A DNA stretch of 26,910 nt, from the NCBI GenBank assembly GCA_037139475.1, contig JBAXGJ010000001.1, forward strand, positions 1 to 26,910, given 5' to 3'. The stretch is from Actinomycetes bacterium (GTDB lineage: Bacteria; Actinomycetota; Thermoleophilia; Solirubrobacterales; Solirubrobacteraceae). Each line of letters opens with the position of its first letter. Position 1 is the first letter of the stretch. Shown here one piece after another: positions 7,793 to 15,993 of this stretch. A model generated the notes under the pieces. The model was not told the origin of the DNA. It ran no database searches and saw only the letters and a program-made list of their open reading frames with translations. Made by a program: the position numbers and the translations under genes.

Positions 7793-10700
7793 TAGCGACC
7801 AACCTCGCTCGTGTCGACCGTGGGGTGATCAGCGTTCTCGGCCTCTTGCAGGGCCAACTCGGCCAGCACACGCTTGTAATCGGCCGGGAAGATCTTGACG
7901 AACGAGCCCTGTAGCTCGGTCCAATTGTCGAGCACGCGCTGGCCGACGGTCGAGCCGGTGCGCTCGGTGTGCTCAGCAATAAGGTTGCGCACCTCAATTG
8001 CGTCGGCCTCATCGAGCTCTTCGAGCTGATCGACCATCTCGGGGTTGACGCGCTGAGCGAATGTTCCATCCTCGTCGAGCACGAAGGCAAGGCCGCCGCT
8101 CATCCCTGCGGCGAAGTTGCGGCCGGTCGGGCCGAGCACGACGACGCGGCCGCCGGTCATGTATTCGCAGCCGTGGTCACCGACGCCTTCAACAACAGCG
8201 CTGGCGCCCGAGTTACGGACCGCGAAGCGCTCGCCAGCCAGGCCGCGGAAGAAGGCCCGGCCATCAGTTGCGCCATAAAGCACCGTGTTGCCGGCGATCA
8301 CGTTCTGCTCGGCCGGAAAATCAACCGACTCCAAAGGCGCGATAGAGAAGATCCCGCCTGAGAGGCCTTTGCCGGTGTAGTCGTTGGCGTCGCCGCGCAG
8401 CGTCATCGTCACACCAGGGGCCAGCCAACCGGCGAAGCTCTGTCCGGCAGAACCCTCAAGCGCGATCTCGATCGTGCCCTCCGGCAGCCCTTCGGCGCCG
8501 TGGACTTCTGCGATTCGGCTTGAAAGCAGGCCGCCAACGCAGCGGTTGACGTTGCGCACGGCGCGCTCGATCGTGACCTTTTCGCCGCGTTCGATCGCCG
8601 GTTCGGCGAGCTTGATTAGCTCCCAGTCGATTGCGCTCTCGAGCACCTCTGGCGGCGGGCCGACGCGATAAAGCGGCGCGCCAGGCTCGAGCTCAACGCG
8701 GTGCAGCAGGTGTGTCATGTCAACGCCTGCCGTCTTCCAGTGCTCGATCGCCTCGTCGGCTTCAAGCAGCTCGGTGCGGCCGATCATCTCGTTCAGCGTC
8801 CGCACGCCGAGCGAAGCCATCAGCTCGCGCAGCTCCTCGGCGACAAAGAAGAAGAAGTTGACGACGTGCTCTGGCGTTCCCGTGAAGCGCTTGCGCAGCT
8901 CGGGATCTTGCGTGGCGATGCCGACCGGGCAGGTGTTGAGGTGGCAGGCGCGCATCATGATGCAGCCGGTCGCGATCAGCGGCGCTGTTGAGAAGCCGTA
9001 CTCGTCGGCGCCGAGGATCGCGGCGATCGCGACGTCACGGCCGGTCTTCAGCTGCCCGTCGGTCTGAACTGTGATCCGAGAGCGCAGGTCGTTAAGGCAG
9101 AGCGTCTGCTGCGTCTCCGCAAGCCCAATCTCCCACGGCACACCGGCCGAGTGAACCGAGCTGAGCGGCGAAGCGCCGGTGCCGCCGTCGTGGCCGGCGA
9201 TCAGCACGTGGTCGGCGTTGGCCTTTGCCACGCCGGAAGCGACCGTGCCGACGCCCACTTCGGAGACCAACTTGACCGAAACTTGGGCCTTCGGGTTGGC
9301 GCAGCGGAGGTCGTAGATCAGCTGCTTGAGATCCTCGATCGAGTAGATGTCGTGGTGCGGCGGCGGCGAGATCAGCCCAACGCCAGGCGTCGTGTGGCGA
9401 ACCCAGCCGATGTACTTGTCGACCTTGTGGCCCGGCAGCTGGCCGCCCTCGCCGGGCTTGGCTCCCTGCGCCATCTTGATCTGAATTTGGTCGGCGTTTA
9501 CGAGGTAGTGAATCGTCACTCCGAAGCGGCCAGAAGCGACCTGCTTGATTGAGGAGCGCCGCAGATCGCCGTTGATGTCAGGCTCGAAGCGGCGCGGGTC
9601 CTCTCCCCCTTCGCCCGTGTTTGAGCGGCCGCCGAGGCGGTTCATTGCGATTGCCAGCGTCTCGTGCGACTCGGTTGAGATCGAACCGAGCGACATCGCG
9701 CCGGTCGCAAAGCGCTTGACGATCTCCTTCGCCGGTTCAACCTCGTCGATCGAGATTGGCGTCACGTCGGTCGTGAATTTGAGCAGGCCGCGCAGCGTTG
9801 CGCGCTTCGTCGCCTCCTCGTTGCAGAGGCGCGCATACTCGTCGTAGCGGCTCTGGGCGTCGCCCTCCTCAGGCGTGATCCGCACGGCCTGCTGAAGCGC
9901 AGCGATCGTGTCGGGGTTCCACATGTGTTGCTCGCCGTCGCGGCGCCAAGCGTAAATTCCACCGACCGGCAGAAGATCATCGTCACGCTCGCCGGAGAGC
10001 GGCCAAGCGCGGGCGTGGCGCGTCAATGCTTCGGCGCCGAGAACATCGAGGCCGATTCCGCCGATCCGCGACGCGGTGCCAGTGAAGTGGCGATCAACGA
10101 GCTGCTGCTCTAGGCCGACAGCCTCAAAGATCTGCGCACCGCAGTAAGACTGAATCGTCGAGATCCCCATCTTCGAAATCGTCTTCAGCAGGCCCTTGCC
10201 AAGCGCCTTGACGATGTTGCGTTCAGCTTCGCCCGGGTCGCTAACGCCTTCGATCTGGCCGTCGGCGGCCAGCTCGGCGGCGCTGTCGAGCAGCAGGTAC
10301 GGGTTGATCGCGCTGACGCCATAACCGATCAGCGTCGCGAAGTGATGCACCTCGCGCGGCTCGCCGCTCTCAAGCACGAGCCCGGCCTGCAGGCGGTTGC
10401 CGATCCTTACAAGGTGGTGGTGGACGGCGGCTACGGCCAGCAGTGACGGGATTGCCGTCCGCTCGGGGCCAACGCGGCGGTCGGAGAGAATCAGTACCGA
10501 AGCGCCAGCTGTGATCGCGTCGTGGGCCTCATCGCAGAGGTTCGCCAGCCGCGTGCTGAGGCCGTCGGGGCCTTCGCTAATTGGCCAAGTGGTGTCGAGC
10601 GTGTGGGCGCGGAAGATGTCGCGCTCGACGTTGCGCAGCGTCTCAAGCTCCTGGTTGCGCAGAATCGGCTGATTCATCACCAGTTGATGCGCGGCCTCCG

Positions 10701-12345
10701 GCGACTCGCCGAGCAGGTTGGCTTCAGCGCCGACGGAGGTAGCGAGCGACATCACAATCGATTCGCGGATCGGATCGATCGGCGGGTTCGTAACCTGCGC
10801 GAAGAGCTGCTTGAAGTAGGAGAAAAGCGGCGGCGCACAGTCCGACATCACTGCCAGCGCTGCGTCGTTGCCCATCGAACCGATCGGCTCTTGGCCGGTC
10901 TGCGCCATCGGCGAGATCAGCACCTTCAGATCCTCTTCGCTGTAACCGAAGGCTTGGCGACGGATGTGGCTTGGCAGGACGCCGGTCATCGTTACGTGCG
11001 CTGTTTCGAGGTCGTCGAAGTGAACGCAGTTATCGGCGAACCACTGCTCGTAAGGCCGCGCGCTCGAAACTTCTTGCTTGACCTCCTCGTCTTCGATGAT
11101 CCTGCCCTGCTCGAGGTCAACGAGGAAAATCTTGCCTGGCTGAAGCCGCCCGAGGCGCTTTACGTTCTCCGGCTCGATTGCAAGCATTCCCGACTCCGAG
11201 CCGAGCACCACGAGGCCGTCCTTGGTCTCAACCCAGCGGCCCGGGCGCAGCCCATTGCGGTCGAGCGTCGCGCCAACGACGCGGCCGTTTGTGAAGCAGA
11301 CCGAAGCTGGCCCGTCCCACGGCTCCATCAGGCAGGAGTGGAATGCGTAGAAGCCCTTCAGCGCCGGTGAGAGGTCGGCGCGGTCACGGTAAGCCTCGGG
11401 GATCATCATCATCGCCGAGTGCGGCAGCGAGCGGCCGGCGAGCATTAGTAGCTCGAGCACGTTGTCGAAGGTCGCTGAGTCCGAGCCGCCGGGGCGAACG
11501 ATCGGCATCACCTTCTGCAGGTCAGGGCCGAAGAGTTCGCTGGCGAGCGAACTCTCGCGCGCCTTCATCCAGTTGATGTTGCCCATCAGAGTGTTGATCT
11601 CGCCGTTGTGGGCGATCACGCGGAACGGGTGTGCGAGCTCCCAGCTGGGGAAGGTGTTGGTTGAGAAGCGCGAGTGAACTAGCGCCAGCGCGGAAGCAAA
11701 GCGCTCGTCGCTGAGGTCGGGGTAGAACTCGGCGACCTGGCTTGACATCAGCATGCCCTTGTAGACGCAGGTCCGCGAAGAGAAGCTCGGCGAGTAGAAG
11801 TCGGGGCCCGCGGCCAGCTCGACGATTCGGCGAATCACGTAGCACTTGCGCTCGAAGGCGTCCTGATCGCGGTCGAAGCCAGGGCCAGCGGCGATGATCG
11901 CTTGGCTGATGTGCGGCCGCGAGCGGCCGGCGGTCACGCCAACGAAGTCCTCGTTGACCGGCACGTCGCGCCAGCCAAGGAAGATCTGGCCCTCAACGCG
12001 CGTGTTGAGTTCGACCAGCTGCTGGAGCTTGCGGCGGCGCTCCGGGTCGTGCGGCAAGAAGCAGACACCAACGGCGTAGAAGCCGGCCTCAGGCAGCTCG
12101 AACTCGAGCACTCCGCGCAGGAATGCGTCAGGAATCTGGACGAGGATGCCGGCGCCGTCACCGCTCGTAACGTCTGCGCCCTCGGCGCCGCGATGCTCAA
12201 GATTGTCGAGCGCCTCGAGCGCCTGCTCAATTACGCGATGCGACGGCACGTTGTCGAGCTTCGCGACCATCGCCACGCCACAGGCATCGTGCTCATAAGC
12301 GGGGTTGTAGAGGCCCTGAGGCCCTGGGCGTTTGATCATCGTCAT
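7792..12345 (-). CDS. gltB: Glutamate synthase large subunit
   Basis: 1517 aa. Ntn amidotransferase start [22 protein letters not shown]-domain [14 protein letters not shown], [3Fe-4S] motif [12 protein letters not shown], and C-terminal GXGXG repeats ([12 protein letters not shown]-type region, [11 protein letters not shown]). Confidence 0.98.
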   Translation of the reverse strand: MTMIKRPGPQGLYNPAYEHDACGVAMVAKLDNVPSHRVIEQALEALDNLEHRGAEGADVTSGDGAGILVQIPDAFLRGVLEFELPEAGFYAVGVCFLPHDPERRRKLQQLVELNTRVEGQIFLGWRDVPVNEDFVGVTAGRSRPHISQAIIAAGPGFDRDQDAFERKCYVIRRIVELAAGPDFYSPSFSSRTCVYKGMLMSSQVAEFYPDLSDERFASALALVHSRFSTNTFPSWELAHPFRVIAHNGEINTLMGNINWMKARESSLASELFGPDLQKVMPIVRPGGSDSATFDNVLELLMLAGRSLPHSAMMMIPEAYRDRADLSPALKGFYAFHSCLMEPWDGPASVCFTNGRVVGATLDRNGLRPGRWVETKDGLVVLGSESGMLAIEPENVKRLGRLQPGKIFLVDLEQGRIIEDEEVKQEVSSARPYEQWFADNCVHFDDLETAHVTMTGVLPSHIRRQAFGYSEEDLKVLISPMAQTGQEPIGSMGNDAALAVMSDCAPPLFSYFKQLFAQVTNPPIDPIRESIVMSLATSVGAEANLLGESPEAAHQLVMNQPILRNQELETLRNVERDIFRAHTLDTTWPISEGPDGLSTRLANLCDEAHDAITAGASVLILSDRRVGPERTAIPSLLAVAAVHHHLVRIGNRLQAGLVLESGEPREVHHFATLIGYGVSAINPYLLLDSAAELAADGQIEGVSDPGEAERNIVKALGKGLLKTISKMGISTIQSYCGAQIFEAVGLEQQLVDRHFTGTASRIGGIGLDVLGAEALTRHARAWPLSGERDDDLLPVGGIYAWRRDGEQHMWNPDTIAALQQAVRITPEEGDAQSRYDEYARLCNEEATKRATLRGLLKFTTDVTPISIDEVEPAKEIVKRFATGAMSLGSISTESHETLAIAMNRLGGRSNTGEGGEDPRRFEPDINGDLRRSSIKQVASGRFGVTIHYLVNADQIQIKMAQGAKPGEGGQLPGHKVDKYIGWVRHTTPGVGLISPPPHHDIYSIEDLKQLIYDLRCANPKAQVSVKLVSEVGVGTVASGVAKANADHVLIAGHDGGTGASPLSSVHSAGVPWEIGLAETQQTLCLNDLRSRITVQTDGQLKTGRDVAIAAILGADEYGFSTAPLIATGCIMMRACHLNTCPVGIATQDPELRKRFTGTPEHVVNFFFFVAEELRELMASLGVRTLNEMIGRTELLEADEAIEHWKTAGVDMTHLLHRVELEPGAPLYRVGPPPEVLESAIDWELIKLAEPAIERGEKVTIERAVRNVNRCVGGLLSSRIAEVHGAEGLPEGTIEIALEGSAGQSFAGWLAPGVTMTLRGDANDYTGKGLSGGIFSIAPLESVDFPAEQNVIAGNTVLYGATDGRAFFRGLAGERFAVRNSGASAVVEGVGDHGCEYMTGGRVVVLGPTGRNFAAGMSGGLAFVLDEDGTFAQRVNPEMVDQLEELDEADAIEVRNLIAEHTERTGSTVGQRVLDNWTELQGSFVKIFPADYKRVLAELALQEAENADHPTVDTSEVGR

Positions 12346-12401
12346 CGCTCTGTTGCGCTACGGGCAGCGTGCTCTGCGCCAGCCCCCGAAGCGGACTAAT
12401 G

Positions 12402-12407
12402 ATTCTA
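12402..12407 (-). promoter_or_regulatory. Candidate -10 box (TAGAAT) upstream of gltB
   Basis: TAGAAT on the minus strand in the 114-bp addA-gltB spacer, about 57 nt before the gltB ATG. No convincing -35 element at 17-bp spacing. Confidence 0.35.
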
Positions 12408-12459
12408 GTGGCAGAAACGGGTTTGGAGGGCTCTGACTGCGCCCACTAGGAAAGCGCGT

Positions 12460-15400
12460 TTACTCAGCAGACGGGCTGTCGCGGTCAGCGAGCTCTGGCG
12501 GCACTGGGCAGAGACCGCCGCGGCCAGGACAGTCGCCGCAGAGCCCTTTCCAAGGCTCGCTGGCTACGGGGAACTCGCCGGCTACCAGCCCGGCGGCCGC
12601 TTCGCTCAGCTGCTGCTCGAGGGCAGGCACGTCGGCGCGAGTGAACGAAGCCGTCACCGGCTCTTCGGGGCGCTCCAGAAAAAGATGGACTACATCGACC
12701 GCTTCAGCCTCCGACCCGCGCAGCACGGCGAGCGCGTAGAGGGCACGCTGGACGGCGTAACTAGCTGCAACTTTTTGCTCCAGATCATCGCCCGGCCGCA
12801 CTCCGTCGGTCTTGTAGTCAACTAATAGCGCAGGCATCCCTGGAGTGACGTCGAGCGCGTCAATGATCCCGGTCAGCATTGGCGCGGAAGGCGAATCGGC
12901 GACCAGGGGCAGACTGAAGGAGATCTCGCGCTGCGCGCGCTCAAGCCGTTCTCGAAACGGACTGGCGAGGATCGCTTCGACGTAGCCGCGCAGACGCTCG
13001 ATCATCTTCGCGTCGGGCTCAAGGTCGTGGGCCGCGGCCGAGGCACGAATCTGCTCGTCACTCGGTGCTACCGCCGAGCCACTGAGGTCGGCTCGCTCCA
13101 GCAGCGCGTGGGCTACCTGGCCACGGGCGCGAGCGTCGCCGCCACCGGCACCACTCGGGCGATCCCGATCCGGAAGCCGCAAGACGTGCTTTAGGTACCA
13201 GCGGTAGCCGCAGCTCTTATAGGTGGCGAGCGACGAATAGCTGAGCGTTGGCGCGGGCGCAGGCGCGTCCACCGTGGGCAACGGGACAATCTCCGGACTG
13301 CCCTCAAAATCATCAGCGGCGGCCAGTTTCGGCGCGGAGTCGATCAGCGTGAGGTCTAGCTGAGAATCTGGGCCGGGCCTATTCAGCCGCACGCGTAGCG
13401 GGGCGCGCCAGCCGCCAGAGGCGACCTCGACGAGGCCGTCGGCTAGTTCGTCGGTGCATCCCTCGTCGCCGGAGTAGAGCTCGGGATTGAGCAGAAGAGC
13501 AGCGATCCAAACCAGCGGTGGCCGACCAATTGACTGCTCCTTGAACCAGTCGCGGCTCAGCTCAACGGTGCCAGAGAGAATCAGCCGTCGCTCAGCACGC
13601 GTCATCGCCACGTGCAGAAGCCGTTTGGCCTCAGCCAGCTCGCGCTGCTTGCGCTCCTCGTCGAGCTCGTCAAAGTCGAAGAGGTGGTTTGAAACCGCCG
13701 AGTCGTCTCGCAATCGAACGCCGATCCGCTCGCCGTCGACGAGGACAGACGGGCCGGTCGACATCCCTGCTCGCCCGAGCGCCGCCAGCACTACGACCGG
13801 AAACTGCAGACCCTTCGAACCATGCATCGTCATCACTTGGACGGCGCCACTGGCCGAACCTGGCGGCGCGTCGCTGACGCGGTCGTCGAGCTCAGCTCGG
13901 CGGGCGAGCTCGTCTACGAAGGTCCTTAGGCCCGTTGACTCTCTGGCCTCGTACTGGTGGGCGATGCGAATTAGCCGGCGAACGCGCAGCAGCGCCGACG
14001 AGCCGTCGGGGCCACGGGCGACCAGCGCATCGAAGCCGGTGGTGGCGATCACCCGCTCAAGCAGCCGCCCTGGCCCCTCCCAGCCGGCCGCTTTGCGCTC
14101 TTGGCCGACAATCTCACTACAGCGCACTAGCAGCGCCCGCTGATCGTCGGCGATCTGCGCGGCCGGCCCGCTCGGCTCTGCTGAAATTGCACGCTGCAGC
14201 GCAGCGTCAAGCCCGCACTCGGCGTCGCGGCGCTCGTACGCGAGCAAAGCCAAGGTGTCGGGTGAAACGCCGACAAGCGGCGAGGAGAGCACCGCAAGCA
14301 GGGCGTCCTCATCTTCGCGGTTCGCCAGCAGCCTCAGGTAGGCGACTAGATCGGCGACTTCGGGGCGTTCCCACCATCCGCGCGCCGAATTCGCAACGGC
14401 AGGCAGCCCAGCGCGCTGTAGCGCTGCAACGAGGCCACCGATTGAAGCCCCTTGGCGGACGAGGATCGCGACATCTCCAGGCTCACACTCGCCGCCGTCG
14501 CAAAGCTCACGGATTCGCTGCGCGACCATCAGTGCCTCAGCGGCATCATCGCCGTCGATCCCTGCTGGCAGCCTGTCTTTGAACCCCTCTGGCAGCTGCT
14601 CAACCGCCGCCCAAGCCTCGTCGCAGAGCATCAGCTCCGCTGCAGCCCCACTCGGCTTCGGAGGCATCTCAATCTCGACAATCCCCTCTAGCGTCTTCGG
14701 CATCAGCGCCTGGTAGCTATCGCCATGCATCGGGCCGAAGCCGGCGTTGATGAAGGCCAATATTTCGCGATCGGAGCGAAAATTAATGCTGAGGATTTCG
14801 CGCTCGCCGGCCGCTTGATGGATATCGCTGCGGTAACGAAACAGCTCGATGTCAGCGTCGCGGAAGCCATAGATTGACTGAAGCTCATCGCCGACCATGA
14901 ATAGGTTCTCAACGCCAAGCGCTTCGAAGATCTGTAGCTGCAGCGCGTTCGTGTCTTGGAACTCGTCGATCATCACGCGGCGGAACTTCGCCCGATAGAA
15001 GGCCGCTACCGGTTCGTTGTCGCGCAGCAGGTCGCGCGCCCCCAGCTCAAGATCGGAATAGTCGAGCGCGCCGCGCCGCTTCTTCGCTGCGCCGTAAGCC
15101 TCGCCGAACGAAGCCAGCAGATCGTCTAGAAGCATCACGCGGTCACGCATCGCTTCGTTGGCGATCTCGGCCAGCAGCTCGCCAATCGAGTCGTGGAAGT
15201 CTGTTACCGGCGGATCGGCCAACGCCGCTCCCCTTTTGGCAAAGAACCAGCCGCGGATGAGATCTGGCGACGGCAACGGTGCCCCGTCTTTCAGCATCTC
15301 GACGCATTCGGTTGCGCTCTCGCGCGCAGCAACGACCGATTTTCCATCGCCCGCGCCCTCAAGCGCCGCCAGCGTCAGCTCGGCCAGCTCAAGCACTCGG

Positions 15401-15993
15401 GCGCGGCAGCCATCAACGTCGGCCTCGCGCGGCTGGGGCATCCTCGGCTCTGCCTGACCGGCGCTTCGGAGTCGCGAGTAGATCGAGAGCACACTGTCGC
15501 GCAGGCCATCCTCATCGGTCGCCGCGAGCAAACCGATCAGGCTCGCGTGGCGCTGCGGGTCAGCAAATAGCTCGGCGACGGCGTGGTCCCAGGCCTCGTG
15601 CCGCAGTGCAAGCCCAGCGAGCTCGTCTTCGAGCACCTCGAATGACGGGTCGACGCCTGCGAGAGCGGCATCGTTGCGAAGAATCCGCGCGCAGAACGCG
15701 TCGATCGTCAGCAGCCACGCCGACTCAACCTCGGTCGCCAGCTCTGGCCGCCCGCGGTCGTTGAGCCGCTCGCGAATGCGCCCGCGCATCTCGGCCGCCG
15801 CCGCACGGGTAAATGTGATGCCGAGGATCTGGTCTACAGCGATCGGTTCGGAGCCCTCACCGATGACGTCACGAACGAAGCGCTCAACGAGGACGCCGGT
15901 CTTGCCTGAGCCAGCGCCGGCAGCAAGCAGCATCGAGCCTTCTCGGCGGTCAACCGCTAGCTGCTGCTCGGCTGTCAGCTCCAGTTCGCTCAT
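12460..15993 (-). CDS. addA: AddA/RexA-type UvrD superfamily 1 helicase with C-terminal PD-(D/E)XK nuclease
   Basis: 1177 aa from the ATG at 15993 (ATGA overlap with the addB stop). Q motif LTAEQ, Walker A AGAGSGKT, Walker B IDEFQDT, VGDELQSIYGFR, NFRS, TMHGSKGLQF, RLLHVAMTRA. Nuclease motifs GIID, VDYKT and QRALYALA. Confidence 0.9.
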   Translation of the reverse strand: MSELELTAEQQLAVDRREGSMLLAAGAGSGKTGVLVERFVRDVIGEGSEPIAVDQILGITFTRAAAAEMRGRIRERLNDRGRPELATEVESAWLLTIDAFCARILRNDAALAGVDPSFEVLEDELAGLALRHEAWDHAVAELFADPQRHASLIGLLAATDEDGLRDSVLSIYSRLRSAGQAEPRMPQPREADVDGCRARVLELAELTLAALEGAGDGKSVVAARESATECVEMLKDGAPLPSPDLIRGWFFAKRGAALADPPVTDFHDSIGELLAEIANEAMRDRVMLLDDLLASFGEAYGAAKKRRGALDYSDLELGARDLLRDNEPVAAFYRAKFRRVMIDEFQDTNALQLQIFEALGVENLFMVGDELQSIYGFRDADIELFRYRSDIHQAAGEREILSINFRSDREILAFINAGFGPMHGDSYQALMPKTLEGIVEIEMPPKPSGAAAELMLCDEAWAAVEQLPEGFKDRLPAGIDGDDAAEALMVAQRIRELCDGGECEPGDVAILVRQGASIGGLVAALQRAGLPAVANSARGWWERPEVADLVAYLRLLANREDEDALLAVLSSPLVGVSPDTLALLAYERRDAECGLDAALQRAISAEPSGPAAQIADDQRALLVRCSEIVGQERKAAGWEGPGRLLERVIATTGFDALVARGPDGSSALLRVRRLIRIAHQYEARESTGLRTFVDELARRAELDDRVSDAPPGSASGAVQVMTMHGSKGLQFPVVVLAALGRAGMSTGPSVLVDGERIGVRLRDDSAVSNHLFDFDELDEERKQRELAEAKRLLHVAMTRAERRLILSGTVELSRDWFKEQSIGRPPLVWIAALLLNPELYSGDEGCTDELADGLVEVASGGWRAPLRVRLNRPGPDSQLDLTLIDSAPKLAAADDFEGSPEIVPLPTVDAPAPAPTLSYSSLATYKSCGYRWYLKHVLRLPDRDRPSGAGGGDARARGQVAHALLERADLSGSAVAPSDEQIRASAAAHDLEPDAKMIERLRGYVEAILASPFRERLERAQREISFSLPLVADSPSAPMLTGIIDALDVTPGMPALLVDYKTDGVRPGDDLEQKVAASYAVQRALYALAVLRGSEAEAVDVVHLFLERPEEPVTASFTRADVPALEQQLSEAAAGLVAGEFPVASEPWKGLCGDCPGRGGLCPVPPELADRDSPSAE

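Noticed and set aside
10522-11370. 282-aa plus-strand ORF antisense to gltB, and the other short ORFs within gltB
   Set aside because: Shadow ORFs of a canonical gene; no recognisable domains or start signals.
4942-12345. N-methylglutamate pathway (mgsABC) or trimethylamine monooxygenase cluster
   Set aside because: gltB is a full-length canonical four-domain enzyme rather than split Mgs subunits, no gmaS/mgd genes are present, and the FMO does not resemble Tmm as I recall it.
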